Source of the DNA: Octopus vulgaris
Taxonomy: Eukaryota
DNA length: 64,000 nucleotides
Direction of reading: 5' to 3'
Assembly: GCA_951406725.2 (NCBI GenBank)
Contig: OX597817.1
Location: 40,920,001-40,984,000 of the forward strand
This document shows positions 50,295 through 64,000 of this stretch, piece after piece; position 1 is the stretch's first letter, and each line of letters opens with the position of its first letter. Both the position numbers and the translations under genes were made by a program. A model generated the notes under the pieces. The model ran no database searches. It saw only the letters and a list, made by a program, of their open reading frames with translations, and had not been told where the DNA came from.

Positions 50295-50901
50295 GGCAAT
50301 TTTATTTGAATTCAGTGCCGTCATGTTTTAATGAAAGTCATCTATAGTTATCTTCCCTGTCACATCGTTAGCAACTAGATGGCACTCGTTTCATAGCTAT
50401 AAAAGATATGCACAGACAGGTAACATCCTCTTTCTCTCACACACTGCCTGCAGCTAGCCACGGTTTCTCCATCTCTGTTCCTGCTACAAGACAACTTCTC
50501 GTTGACTGAATTTTCTTTAATCCCCTTTCACCAGTCATAGAATGCGGCAAGACGAAAACATTTCCCTATTCAAATTCCATTCTGTTCTATTGAATGTAAA
50601 TGTTCAAGCTGTGTAAATGCTCTCATCCTGGATCGGAATAAATCCCTCATGCACATGAAGTCTTCACAAACCTCACACGAATTGTTGTCGTTCCTCACTG
50701 GACTGATTCTAACAGCGATCGAAGGATGACCAAATATTAAATTAAATTAGTGTGCTAAAATCCCGCTAAAGTGGTGACCCTGATGTTGGAAAATATTCAC
50801 CGGATATTTTCCTTTAAAAAATAAAAAAGGAAGTGACTGGGAAGATAGCTATAGATGACTCTCATTAAAACATGATGGCACTGGATTCAAATAGAGTTGC
50901 C
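50295..50901. mobile_element. MITE with ~70-bp TIRs and TA flanks
   Basis: TA|GGCAATTTTATTTGAATTCAGTGCC...gtcac and gtgac...GGCACTGGATTCAAATAGAGTTGCC|TA. Confidence 0.85.
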
Positions 50902-50909
50902 TACTATTA

Positions 50910-51297
50910 AATAATAATGAAATTATTGTATACAGTGCTCAGGTGCACCACAACTTGTCAAAAGTGCATATAAAGCATATGCAGTAATGTACAAATGTCT
51001 GGAAAGTGAACAGTGTATGAGTCAGATACATGCTTGCGTGTGTATGGAGGGGAGAAAAATCAGGTGTAGTGTTGGCGAATCTCAGGAAGCATGGAAGTTT
51101 TGAAGGATGCAGTGCTCCGACAACTAACAACTGATGTCAGCAGTTTGTTCCATGCTTCAGCAACTCTCAGCGTGAAAAAATATTTTTCCAAAAGTCATGG
51201 GAGCTGTGCTGTTTTCTGACTTTGTAAACATGTCCATGGGTGTTAGACAGGTGGAGTTTGAAAAGGTGCTCAGAATTATTGTTTGTAAGATGGTTAA
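50910..51297 (-). mobile_element. CR1-like LINE 3' end
   Basis: Minus-strand NTHGHVYKVRKQHS...FFTLRVAEAWNKL..SVVSCRSTASFK, the typical CR1 C-terminus, followed by a UTR and ATT-rich tail. Confidence 0.78.
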
Positions 51298-51745
51298 TGG
51301 CAAAAGAAACATTTTAGCCAATCTAGAGAACTTGGGACATGTTTTGATATTATCCTGACCTCATCAGTAAGAGATTGCTTTCACTATACTTACTGAAGTA
51401 AGTACACTAAGTAATTTTCTAACATTCTATGATGATTGAAATGAGAAAATAGAATGGCCTAGAGAAGAATGATTTAGAAAAGTCATTCACATAAATAACT
51501 GTAATGAAATTAGTGTTAACCTGTTTAATGCAGGGAGCATTAAAAGGTTAACTAGAAATGAACATAAATACCCTCACTGATCCAGTAATAATACATAATT
51601 ATAATATCCTCAATTAAAAGTTAAATGAATTAGCTACACTAAATAGGAACATAGGAAAAATAATATAATTTATACTGCAATATTCAACCTAATTTGGATA
51701 TATACAATATATATATATATATATATATTTATATACACATATACA

Positions 51746-51952
51746 TGAGGGGGAGGGTTGAAAAGTTTCTGGCTTGGGGTGAAAGAAAATGCAGGAGGAT
51801 CAGTTAATTATGATTTTATTCAACATATTCCCCTCTCTTATTGCAGCAGTCCTTCAGTTTTTCTAAGCCTTGTAAAAGAACTCAGACAGTTGGGCTTCCA
51901 ACCAGGTCTTTCATGATATCCTCAAAGCCAGGAACTTTTCAGCACCCTCTCA
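51746..51952. mobile_element. Mariner-like MITE within (TA)n
   Basis: tgagggg...tgaaaagtttctggctt and aagccaggaacttttcagcaccctctca form imperfect TIRs. Confidence 0.75.
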
Positions 51953-52607
51953 TATATATATATATATATATATATACACGTATATAAAGGAAATGTGTGG
52001 TGGTGGAGGCCCTTTGTAATTAAATACTGTTATAAGAAACTGTCTATTGAAAGGTTTCAAAAATATCTGGTAAGGAATAACAGGAAACTGTTACAAATAA
52101 CTCTAAAACATAAACACTTCAAAATACTTTGACATCATTATCATTTGTTACAAACATTTATTGATTGCTTAAGAAATGAGAAAGATTCTGAACAAACAGT
52201 CATGTAAACACTATATAATCCTTTAAATAAACTCTATGAACTCTCTCCTTTCTTTCTGTTCATAAACAACTAAGATTTTGTAATGAAAAAGAAAAGAAAA
52301 GCATACATTCCATGAATTTTCCATCATTAATGAAATGTCTCATTCTAGAAAATGCTTAATTAATAAGTCATAGGTTATATCATCCTGATGATTTCTAAAA
52401 AAATAATGAAATAGTGATATACATGGTTACCAATTGTCTACAAATTTCAAGAACTTTGTAATAAATAAACAAAAACAAAATTAAACACATGAAGCCTATG
52501 CATTTTTTTCCTTATAATCCCTTAATTTCAAATTCAATTCCTATAAAATATTATGAAGAAATGGTTATCTCCCTTGTAATACCTGCAACTACTAGGGAAA
52601 TCACATA

Positions 52608-53129
52608 CCGTAAATCCTCGAGTATAATCCGCATGTTTTTCCCAAAATTTAAAGGTCAAAATCCCTAGTGCTTACTACATACGAGGTTAAAAATGAAAAA
52701 TATTTTCTAATCAATGTCCAAGAATCTATTTGCTGTCTGGCAATGTTTATTCAGACGCATTTTGTGATGTCGGGTGCGAAAATATATTAAGCTAAGCCTG
52801 AAAGCAATGAAGTCATAAAAGAATCATCCATAACTTGCAGTAAGCAACATTTATTAAAATAAAAGTATTCAGAACACAGAATAACATGTAACAAAAACAA
52901 TTTGCAAACATATTTACATTCCCATATAAAAGTTGAGAACATCACCATTATTGTATTACGCATGTGCGAAAATGTTTGTTTGACTAGGTGCTGCTGGCTT
53001 AATTATGTACGACTCAAGTTAGAGAAGGGGTGCGTATTATACACAAGGTTTAGGTTTTTCAGAGATACAGCCAACTAAAAATCCCCTGCGTATTATACTC
53101 AATGGCGGACTATACTTGAAGAATTACGG
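52608..53129. mobile_element. Tc1/mariner-pogo-like MITE
   Basis: TA|CCGTAAATCCTCGAGTATAATCCGC ... GCGGACTATACTTGAAGAATTACGG|TA. Confidence 0.82.
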
Positions 53130-53639
53130 TATTCTAAAAGGATTTATACATCATAAATTTCAGGTTAAAATGACAATTTCCTTTTTCAATTTTTGTTCCA
53201 AAAAACAAGAGATAAAGGTGTATTAAGTGAAGACAGTGACCAAATTTTGACTCAGCTAATGCAAATGTACTTATACTACTAATGTCTTTTGGAAAGGCAT
53301 GAATGTCTGCACATCACAAATTTCCTTAATTCTCCACCACTGCCAGAAAAGAAGAACAAATATAAATAAAGCTTTTATGATTTATTTTAAAGAAACCATT
53401 ATTAATAAGAGCACTCAGAGAGTGCAAACTTCGGCCAACACAACGCCAACATCCGTTCAATGATTAACTGGAGATGATTTTTAAAATGAGAATATCTCAA
53501 ATAAAATCTTTCAATGAATATCATGAGAGCTTTTGGGTTTCTCTTCTCTTAAATTCTGATCTTTCTTTAGTAATCCTGTTGTTTTAGAGTGATGCATAGA
53601 ATTATGCATATATGTAAGCATACTGTAAAGTGTTAAAAT

Positions 53640-53886
53640 GTATGTATAATTTCCTAATATAATAATGAGTATTGTCTTTTTATATATTTGACCTTGTGTG
53701 TGCCGTTGGCGATTTTTTATCCTGTCTTCCCTTCTCTGGATCTTTCCTTCTCCTATGTTTCCGACAAAGAGCTCCACTCGAAACGTTAAACCCTCCTTCT
53801 TTCCTTCTTTCCTGAGCGTCCAATAATACTATATTTGTTCCACGTCCTCGCGTTGTTGTGTTTTTTTTGTGCTTTCTTGTTCGGAT

Positions 53887-53890
<4 letters not shown>
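53640..53890 (+). mobile_element. Penelope-like terminal-repeat fragment abutting (TA)n
   Basis: gagctccactcgaaacgtt motif in a pyrimidine-rich context, ending at (TA)n. A similar element lies at 16900-17095. Confidence 0.5.
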
Positions 53891-53936
<46 letters not shown>

Positions 53937-53938
53937 TT

Positions 53939-53987
<49 letters not shown>

Positions 53988-54142
53988 GAGCCAGTGTGAG
54001 AGGTGAAGGTAGAGGAGATAAATGGCAAAGAGAGCATTGTATGAATGAGAAAGTAAGTGGGGATAGATGAATAACGTAGAAAGGATTGAAAAAGCCTATA
54101 AACAGCATTTGAAGTGTGAGTATATGTCTGTGCAAAAGAGAG

Positions 54143-54182
<40 letters not shown>

Positions 54183-54294
54183 ATAATGGAAATGGAATGG
54201 TAATGTTCAATGCTCAAAATGTGTGAGTATATGTGTGTATGTGTGTGCATGTACAAGAGAACTATGTGAAACTTTACATATACATGTAAAGTAA

Positions 54295-54505
54295 AGAAAA
54301 TATAAAAAATAATCCAGAATCCTTGTCCGGTACCAGATCGATCCCAAAATCTAATCATTTTGTGCCAGTCATGAGGCCAAACATCCCTGAAAGTTTCATC
54401 CAAATCCATCCAGCGGTTCTTGAGATATCTTGCCCATGGACAAACAAACAAACAAACACAACTGAAAACAATACCTCTGCCTTTGCTTAGGTGGAGGTAA
54501 TAATT
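54295..54505. mobile_element. Helentron/DINE-1-like non-autonomous element end
   Basis: Same architecture as 43650-43775 but longer. Confidence 0.6.
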
Positions 54506-54945
54506 ATAATAAGCAAAAAGACAGTGAACTGGCAGAATCGTTAGCATGCTGGGCAAAATGCTTAGCAACATTTTGTCTGTCTTTATGTTCTGGGTTCAAA
54601 TTCTGTTGAGGCCTTTCATCCTTTTGAGATTGATAAAATAGGTACCAGTTGAGCACTAGGGTCAATGTAATTGACTTACCTCCTCCCCTGAGATTGCTGC
54701 CTTTGTGCCAAAATTTGAAATCAATGATTATAATAAACAAAATCCTTCAAGAAATGCAACTCCTATTGTGTTTTGTTCCAGGCCACTCCTGATTGGTTAG
54801 ATGTATGATGCAAAGCATTTAAACCATATCATTCTACCTTTTCATCCAAGCTCATCTTTCGTGATTTTCAAGACTTGATGGAGATTTGACTGTTATTTCT
54901 AGTGGGTTGAATTGATGCACAAAGGCTTTCTTATTGTAATATAAT

Positions 54946-55330
54946 GTTAGCACGCTGGGCAAAGTGCTTAGCAGTATTTCGTATGCCACTACATTCTGAG
55001 TTCAAATTCCGCTGAGGTCGACTTTGCCTTTCATCCTTTAGGGGTCAATTAAATAAGTACCAGTTGCGCACTGGGGTTGATATAATCGACTTAATCCATT
55101 TGTCCGTCCTTGTTTGTCCTCTCTGTGTTTAGCCCCTTGTGGGTAGTAAAGAAATAGGTATTTAGTCCGTCTTTATGTTCTGAGTTCAAATTCCACAGAG
55201 GTCAACTTTGCCTTTCATCCTTTCAGAGTCAATAAATTAAGTACCAGTTGCATACTGGGGTCGATCTAATTGACTGCCCCACCACCATTTCTCAAAAAAA
55301 TTTCGGGCCTTGTGCCTAGAGTACAAAAGA
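54946..55330 (+). mobile_element. SINE family B, dimeric copy
   Basis: The core module is repeated twice, with the same layout as 26508-26945. Confidence 0.82.
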
Positions 55331-56088
55331 ATATAAATGTTAGAGGGAGATTTGACTGTTATCTCTAGCAGGTTGCATTACCATACAGACTTTCTTGTAA
55401 TATAAATGTTAAGATTAGACTGGTGCCACTCAAGATATTCCCTTCATCAACAAGATTGTACAAGACGGTATTATTCCCTTGCTTAAAGGCGGATCATTCC
55501 TTAATCATCTATTCAGGAAGCTCCTCCATCTTCAGACCACTTTGCTTCCTTTCAGAACATCTGCATGCTGGTTCTTATATTCACAAACACATGTATTATT
55601 TTGTACGCATACACACATCCTTTCTTAATTCTCTCTCTTCAGTTTTGCCTTTTGAGTACCGTGACACAGCTATTCTCATTCTGGGTTACTATGATTACGA
55701 AATATTAAGGACAAAATCAATGAGAGAAAACACACACACACACGTGCATACATTCACATGCACAAACACACACCATGCACATGTATATAGAAGAGGCATG
55801 ACTATGGTTAAGATGCTTGATTTTCAATCGTGTGGTTTTGGGTTCAATCCCACAGCATGACACCTTGAGCAAGTGTCTTCTACCAGAGCTGCTAAATGAC
55901 CAATGACCAATGCCTCATGAGTGAATTTGATAAATGGAAACTGTGTGGAAGCGTGTTGTGTGTGTGTATACATACACACACACACACATATATATAGCCA
56001 GTAAAACATATATCAGAAAAGGACACTCTAAAGAATAGAACAGTAATTATTAATACACACACACACACAGACACACATATATACATAT

Positions 56089-56157
<69 letters not shown>

Positions 56158-56489
56158 TGTATATACATATGTATGTATGTGTGTGTCTTTGTGTTTTTGC
56201 CCCACCACCATTTGACAATTGATGTTTGTCCTTATAACTAAACAGTTTGGTAAATTAGGGTGATTAAGTACCAGACTTAAATAACTACTGGGCTCAATTT
56301 CTTTGACAAAACAATTTTTCAAGCCAATCACAGGGAGAAAGGTGTTCAACTCCATTTTGAAAAACATTAGGATATTTTCCTACTTTTCTTAACATGAAAC
56401 CAATGGTAGCCTTAATTCACAAATAAAGAAATTATATCCACCAATGCGTTGTTGAGCACTCATTTCCATCATTCAACATTTACGTGTGG

Positions 56490-56543
<54 letters not shown>

Positions 56544-57103
56544 CTTAGAAGTTGTTGAGTATGTCGTACTTGCTGAAATAATTGATAAAGGTTTTGCTAG
56601 TTTGTAATTCAAAGAACAGGTGTTGAATGGTTGAATAATACAAAGGGAAGTGTAAGTGACAACTGTAGAAATTGAGTAGAATTGAGGAGTGGATGTAGTG
56701 AGTAGTGGATAACAGGTGGGGCTGCTAAAATAGGGTGGCATGAAGAACACCAGAATAATAATGATAATAATGGTACAGTGGCACTCTGTCAGTTATGATG
56801 ATGAGGGTTGCAGCTGATTTGATCAACTGAACAGCTTACTTGTGAAATTAATGTGTAAGTGGCTGAGCACTCCACAGACATGTGTACCCTTAATGTAGCT
56901 CTCTGGGAGATTCAGTGTGATACAGACTGTAACAAGGCTGGCCCTTTGAATTTCAGGTAAAACTCAGTTTTGCCAATTGAGTGGATTGGAGTAATGCGTC
57001 ACTGGTAATTGAACTCACAACTTTACAATTGCAAGCTGATTCTCCTAACCACTAAGCCATGTACCTTCACGAGCAGTACAGTAGACTGGAAGGATTATTA
57101 CTT

Positions 57104-57304
57104 ACTTTTTACTTGTTTTAGTCCTTTGACTGTGGCCATGCTGGAGCACCACCTTTAGTCGAACAAATTGACCCCAGGACTTATTCGTTGTAAGCCTAGT
57201 ACTTATTCTATCGGTCTCTTTTTGCCGAACCGCTAAGTTACAGTGACGTAAACACACCAGCATTGGTTGTCTAGTGATGTTGAGGGGGACAAACACAGAC
57301 ATAT

Positions 57305-57361
<57 letters not shown>

Positions 57362-57522
57362 TACGACAGGCTTCTTTCAGTTTCCCTCTACCAAATTCAC
57401 TCACAAGGCTTTGGTCAGCTCAAGGCTATAGTAGAAGACACTTGCCCAAGGTGCCACGCAGTGGGACTGAACCTGGAACCATGTCGTTGGTAAGCAAGCT
57501 ACTTACCACACAGCCACTCCTG
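57104..57522 (-). mobile_element. SINE family A
   Basis: Matches the other copies in the window. Confidence 0.86.
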
Positions 57523-57831
57523 CATTTTATGTTTATTTTCTATGCTTGCATTGTTTGGATGGTTCTACATGTTCCAAGTAGGATGACAGCGTTTTGCACA
57601 AACATCTCAATTTTGGCAAGATTTCATTGGCTGGATTTCCTTCATAGCACCGATCACTTTACTGGAGAAATTTTCTTGTGATACCAGCACTAGAGAGGTT
57701 GTCATGCTCTTGGTAAGATTAAAGAGTGTTCTCAACCTTATGCTGTCTCTTCTCAATTCACCAGTACTTTTTTGTGGCCCCAACACTAAAGTGGTTGCTT
57801 TGTAACTTGGAAGACTAGAGAGGCCTCTGCA

Positions 57832-57883
<52 letters not shown>

Positions 57884-58304
57884 TAGGAGAAAGATTGATG
57901 ACTTTAAGCAAGGTGTTGAGGAAAGAAGTGAGAGGTGGTAGTGGAGAAAATAACGGCGGAAACAGCATTGTGGGGGAGAAATAGAAGGAAAGTATCAAAG
58001 GATAATAAAAAAGAGAGTGTGAAGATGATGGAAAGTGGTTTGAGTAGGGAGGAATTGTGAGCTATTCCAGGTTATATGGGTGAATATGAGCAGGTGGGGG
58101 TGCATGAAAGAAATAGAGTTGAGGGTGAAAAGAAGTTGGAGAATTCAGAATTCATAATTTTTAACTAAGTCACATTTTTTAAAGTATTTTCATGGTACAC
58201 TTTGATAATTTGTTGCTGCAGTATTTTGTTCCACATCAGGAATCAGTGGATAAGTACTGTAAATATCTTCTGTAATTTTAATCTTTGTCTCTTATTTTGG
58301 ATTA

Positions 58305-58935
58305 CATCATCATCATCATTGTTTAACATCCACTTTCCATGCTGGCATGGGTTGGATGATTTGACTGAGGACTGGCGAACCAGATGGCTGCACCAGGCTT
58401 CAATCTGATCTGGTAGAGTTTCTACAGCTGGATGCCTTTCCTAACGCCAACCACTCTGAGACTGTAGTGGATGCTTTTATGTGCTACTGGCATGAGGGCC
58501 AGCCAGACGGTACTGGCAACGGCCACACTCAAATGGTGTTTTTACATGCCACCTGCACAGGAGCCAGTCCAGCGGCACTGGCAACGACCTCGCTTGAATG
58601 TTTTTTCATGTGCCACCGGCACAAGTGCCAGCAAGGCGACACAGGTAACGATCACGCTCGAATGGTGCTTTTTATGTGCCACTGGCACAGAAGCCAGTCA
58701 GCTGCTCTGGCAACAATCATGCTCGGATGGTGCTCTTAGTGCTCCACTAGCACAGATACCAATCATCGAATTTGATTTCAATTTCGATTTCAGTTGCCTC
58801 AACAGGTCTTCACAAGCAGAGTTTAGTGTCCAATGAAGGAAAGGTACGCATAAGTGGGCTGGTTACATCCCTGGCATAGACCACGAGGTTACGGTCTCAC
58901 TTAGCTTGCTGGGTCTTTTCAAGCACAGCATATTT
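58305..58935 (-). mobile_element. RTE LINE 3' end (family C) with internal 55-70 bp repeats
   Basis: (GAT)n tail. Its 5' end (ggtcttttcaagcacagcat) matches the end of the RTE ORF at about 35320. Other copies lie at 1-260, 6022-6388, 6783, 11470, 12168, 12617, 18257, 24430, 33810, 39050 and 41670. Confidence 0.8.
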
Positions 58936-59894
58936 CTAAAGGTCCCGGTCACTACAATTTTTTTCAGCCTTTCTGTATTCCTTCATGTCCTATATATACC
59001 CAGTAGGATCCAATAAGTTTTTAATTGACCAGTGAGCAAGTTGTATAAAATTTGCTGAAACCGGTTAACACTGATCAGAACTATTAGTGTGTTTGCTCCT
59101 CTTACTGTTATCTTTGTGAAGTTACTCTGTTAACCTATTCATGTATCATTTGCCATTGGTTTTATCTATCTAACAGTTGGACATATAGATGTAAAGGCAA
59201 AAAAAGTCACTCTTTTTTGACATTTTTTTCCTTTTGCACATAGCCTTAGCTGTTTGGATAATATGTTGAATACACAGAAGCTGCTAAATCTTCACTCAGA
59301 GAATCTTGTTAATGTCTCTCTGCAAGAAACCCCTCATAGTAAACAAAATATAACTCCATTTCCAGGCTGAATGAATGTGTTTTTGAGATGGCGAAAATCA
59401 TGCTTGGATGGTATTCTTGTTGTAAGCTATTTATTTATTTAATAATGTAACATGATACTTGTTTATTTTTAATGGTGATATAGCATTATTAATATTGTAA
59501 TGTGTCAAGCTGCCATTTTGCTGACATTTTTGTCATGTTTAAAAAAAAAGACATTCATAAACAATTTTTTAATTATTTTTTTATGCAGATTGATATATAA
59601 CAGTTATACAACAGTTCATTAAGAAATGACTTGTGGTGAAGGAAGATTCTGAACGCACTTCAAGTCCAAAGGTCCTCAAAGTTTAGCTTCTGTAGAATTA
59701 GATTTTTATAAGGTTGTAACCTAAATAAATTCTGATTGAACAGCTTTTGAAGATGCATACAGCTATGAGAGCGGTCACATAGGGAAAGACATCAAAGAAC
59801 AGGGAGCCAATTTACCCTGTGGTCAGAAATTAGCAGAAAAAAACCCTTTACTTGAGAAAACATTTTTCAGGGTACAAGTTAATATTTCTAATTA

Positions 59895-60557
59895 AGGTGG
59901 TCAGCTGGCAGAATCGTTAGCCCATCAGGCAAAGTGGTTTGTAACATTGTGTCAGTCTTTATGTTCTGAGCTCAGATTTTGCAGAGGCCGTCTTTGCCTT
60001 TCATCTATTAAGATTTGGTAAAGGCGATTTGATAAAAGTGATATTAAGATTTGATTTTAGGCGGTGAGGTGGCAGAAACGTTAGCATGCTGGGTGAAATG
60101 CTTAGTGGTATTTCGTCTGCCGCTACATTCTGAGTTCAAATTCTGCCGAGGTCGATTTTGCCTTTCATCCTTTCGGGGTCGATTAAATAAGTACCAGTTA
60201 CTCACTGGGGTCAATATAATCGACTTAATCCGTTCGTCTCTCTGTGTTTAGCCCCTTGTGGGTAGTAAAGAAATAGGTATTTCGTCTGCCGCTACGTTCT
60301 GAGTTCAAATTCTGCCAAGGATGACTTTGCCTTTCATCCTTTCAGGGTAGCTAAATTAAGTACCAGTTACGCACTGGGATCGATGTAATCAACTTAATCC
60401 CTTTGTCTGTCCTTGTTTGTCCCCTCTATGTTTAGCCCCTTGTGGGCAATAAAGAAATAAGATTTGATGAAATAAGTACCAGCTGATCACTGGGGGCAAT
60501 GCAATCGACTTACTCTGTCCCCTGAAATTGCTAGCCTTGTGCCAAAATTTGAAGCCA
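59895..60557 (+). mobile_element. SINE family B cluster (nested or compound copies)
   Basis: An older copy is split by a younger dimeric copy at about 60060-60460. Confidence 0.78.
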
Positions 60558-61080
60558 ATATTTCTAAGACAATTGCAATTCAACAGATTGAGAATTCTCA
60601 TCTTACAAATATTACTAACAGAGTGATAAACCCTCTCAATCACTGTTTTTAAAATTTCTACAAGCATTATGTGGCTCAAGTCATCAAAATTTCAATTCTG
60701 AGTTTATATATTGCATCCATGGATAGATCACGGCATATGAGAAAATGCATAGCTTCTCAACATCTGGCACAAAATCACCTACCACTCTCTCAAATATACC
60801 CTCTCCTCATTCAGTCAAAGGTTTCTTCTTGTCTTGCAAGTTACTTGGCAACTTCACTAGTGCTGAAGGCATAAAAAAAACACATTTATTACACACTATA
60901 AAGTTGTTGGTATTAGGAAGGTCATCCAACCATAGAAACCATACCAAAGATGAGATTGAAAACAAAAATGGCACAGCCCTGCAGCTCACTGGATCCAGCT
61001 AAACCATCCAACCTATGTCAGCATGGTATAAGTAATTGAAGGGGTTGTAGTTCAGAAACTAAGTCAAGCTCTTTTTCATT

Positions 61081-61452
61081 ACTCTTTTACTTGTTTCAGT
61101 CATTTGACTGCAGCCATGCTGGAGCACTGCCTTTTAGTCGAGCAAATCGACCCCTGGACTTATTCTTTGTAAGCCTAGTACTTATTCTATCGGTCACTTT
61201 TGCCGAACCACTAAGTTACGGCAATGTAAACACACCAGCATCGGTTGTCAAGCGATGTTGGAGGGACAAACACAGACACACAAACACATATATACGATGG
61301 GCTTCTTTCAGTTTCCGTCTACCAAATCCACTCACAAGGCTTTGGTTGGCCTGAGGCTATAGTAGAAGACACTTGCCCAAGGTGCCATGCTGTGTGACTG
61401 AACCCGAAACCATGTGGTTGGTAAGCATGCTACTTACCACACAGCCACTCCA
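61081..61452 (-). mobile_element. SINE family A
   Basis: Matches the other copies. Further degenerate copies lie near 862, 8151, 19375, 22910, 34955, 40820, 41285, 44990, 55795 and 61520. Confidence 0.86.
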
Positions 61453-62519
61453 GCAATCATGAATGAAACAAAAGTTGTTTCAAAAACTGAATAGGTCTCA
61501 TTTTGTTTTACATTTATAACAGGCATAGTTGTTTTCTTTGAAGTTCACTTCCTATGGTTTCAGGTTCAGTCCCACAATGCAGCATCTTAAGTGTCTCCTA
61601 CTATAGCCCTGGGCCAATGAAATTCTTGTGAATGGATTTGGTAGTCCATAGTATATGTGTATGTGTGTTTTAATGTCTTGACATTTTGCAATGGTTGTAA
61701 AGCAGTGATAGTGTCATCCAAATGGCATCATTCATTTCCATTCTTCTTTGGCAAAATATTTCTCTCCTTGGAAACAGGTGAGGGTTGACAACAGGAATAG
61801 CATCTGGCCACAAAAAATCTCCTTGATAAATTCTGTCTGACCCATGCAAGCATGAAAAAGTGGACATTGAAACAATAATGATTATCTGCTGTAACAGATG
61901 GAAAGCAAGGCTATAAGTTGTGGTAATCCTTTTATTAATTTTCACCATGATACCTTCATTCTTGTTTGGGACTGAATTTGGTTAGAGCCCCAACATTACA
62001 TTTTTGGCAACACCCAGCTCATTGTAATATCATGAAGAATATTTCTCATCTTAATTTCCACAACAACCCGTTGCTAGTTTCATATTTATGGACAAGACAT
62101 ATTGCCTGAACTCAAAGCCACATCGCAAATCATGCAAATTAATAGTGTAGTGTATTAGGGAGGTGAGCTGGCAGAATTATTAATATCCTAGGGAAAATGC
62201 TTAGTAACATTTTGTCTGTCTTTTTGTTCTGAGTTCAAATCCCACTGAGGTTGACTTTGCCTTTCATCCTTTTGGGGTTGATAAAATAAGTACCAGTTGA
62301 GCACAGAGGTCGAGGTAACTGACTTACTGCCTTCCCAAAATTGCTGGCCTTGTGTTAAAAATTGAAACCAATATTGCAATGTCATTTGCAATTAAACTTT
62401 GACTAAGGTAAACCTATAATAGTTGAATTCATTTCATCATTTCATATTTGCTATAAATGTTCTCAGAGATATATTACAGAAAACTAAGTATTAATGCTTT
62501 ATTAATTAAAAGAAACATG

Positions 62520-62990
62520 GCTAATGAATTACTGTTCAGTAACAGATCAGCATTTATTGTAGAGACCTATGATAAAAAGGGTTCTGCAAGATACATTTAA
62601 GACTGCTCTTAATATTTGAATTAATTTCCATCTAGTTTGGATTCCAGTTTTTTGGTAAATGTCCAGGTTGTTGCTTCATATAAAAGGACTGACTATTGTT
62701 GCATGGAAAAACTTCTTAAGATTGTCTGATGGTTGAGTTCCAGACAACATCCAGCTGTATGGAGATCTGCCTGTTTCAACCATTATAAGGGAAAGACACT
62801 TGTGGGACAGAGCTGCTGAGTCACACAAGGGCTGGCAAGTGACCTACTGTTATGGATAATAAAGTATTGTCATACTTGAGCAGGTTGTCCAAACACAATG
62901 TATGCAGATCAACTTGCTGGAGGCCCTGGATGCCACCCTGAAGACTTCCTTCAACTAATGCAGGATTGAGATGGATGATGTGTGCAGGTT
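62520..62990 (+). mobile_element. Decayed RTE-like LINE 3' fragment
   Basis: Remnant peptides QLYGDLPVSTIIRERH and PNTMYADQL, with stops and frameshifts. Confidence 0.55.
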
Positions 62991-63949
62991 AAAAATGTCT
63001 GAGCAAGCTCAACCAGATGATGAAGGTGATAAAAGAAAACTTTCCAGCCTTGTTCATCCTGCCTTTTTGAATATCCAGCATAATGTCCAATGTATCTTTT
63101 CTTCCTTTAAAACATTGTAAGGTGTATTTTGAGGGAGCTTTGGCTATTTCAAGTAGGTAGAGTGTCCACACAGAGGTAACAGAAACAGCGAGCGACAGTA
63201 AATTTAGGACTAAACGTATTATTTCCATCTTTCAAGATTTTTTGAGTTCAGATCATGATTGGATAAATTTTGCTATATAGATCCCACGACCGTCCATACA
63301 ATTCAATCAACAATCCCCTCCTGTAAAAAGTAACCTTGTGCCTACCCCAAAAAATCCCGTATTAATACATTTGACACACAAGCATGTGACAATTTCTCAT
63401 GAACTTGCTTATGTGCCAAGTCATTGTTGCTCCAGAGTTATCTTGACAGATGTGACTACAAAGACCAGCTAGGTTGTTTTCCAGTAGAAACAGACAGGAA
63501 TGACCTTACTGTTTATAACTATTTTCATAAATATTTATAGATTCCTGTCTCAGTCAGTGGGAAACATTAGCTGGGTTGAAAATAGGCTGTTGTTTGGATG
63601 GTCATTTCTGGGTTTATAGCCATCGTTGGCTGTCATTTTAACTGGTTGGTTATATTAGAAATGGCAAACATAATGGAAGCTGTTTTTTTTTTTATTGTAA
63701 AGGTGAACGAAGCAACTTGAAGATAATGATAATTATAAGATTAGAATACTTGGATAATAATTAATAAGGATGTAATTTCATTTGACTGTAATAATGGTTG
63801 CTTTCGTTAACTACTCGTATAATAACGAAAAAACAATAATAATACTGATAATGATAATGATGATGGTAGTGCTGGTGATGATGTCAATGACTGAATGTAA
63901 AAATAACTGAACATAACTAGAATGTCTATGTAATAACTCATGGCAAACT

Positions 63950-64000
63950 ATTTTTTTCTTCCTTTCTTTCTTTACATCGTTGCAGTTCAAGTCGAACAGA
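63950..64000 (+). other. Strong splice acceptor and start of an exon (63986 onward) of an unidentified gene
   Basis: About 30 nt pyrimidine tract ending ttgcag|TTCAAGTCGAACAGA at the window edge; too short to translate. Confidence 0.45.

Noticed and set aside
53786-54571. Longest ORF in the track (261 aa, minus strand)
   Set aside because: It runs through a SINE, a Helentron-like end and (TA)/(CA) microsatellites; the IYIY/HTHT peptides are low-complexity artefacts.
59243-59369. Possible terminal exon LSCLDNMLNTQKLL...PFPG-stop
   Set aside because: An acceptor-like signal is present, but there is no homology and no upstream partner exon was found.

Overview
This is AT-rich eukaryotic DNA, dense in microsatellites and SINEs. 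The repeat families (tRNA-headed SINEs, RTE LINE 3' ends) look like those of an octopus or other coleoid cephalopod; that assignment is inferred from the repeats. The only clearly supportable protein-coding content is the 3' end of a sortilin (Vps10p-domain receptor, SORT1-like) gene on the + strand. It has seven phase-compatible GT-AG exons between 1335 and 13397, encoding the 10CC module, the transmembrane helix and a cytosolic tail with YSLL and DxxLL sorting motifs. The rest (about 14-64 kb) is mostly transposable elements: several SINE families, truncated RTE, R4/Dong-like, CR1-like and Penelope-like retroelement fragments, non-autonomous Helitrons (including a head-to-tail dimer), Helentron-like ends and MITEs. 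There is also a CpG-retaining island near 38.6-39.5 kb and a strong splice acceptor at the right edge. Almost all ORFs in the supplied track are artefacts of repeats or microsatellites. I found no convincing wholly new biological system. The best leads are a candidate stop-containing cassette exon just before the sortilin TM exon, extra cysteines in 10CC, chimeric Helitrons carrying a recurrent AAGGGAGATAAC-like motif, and modular SINE tail exchange.
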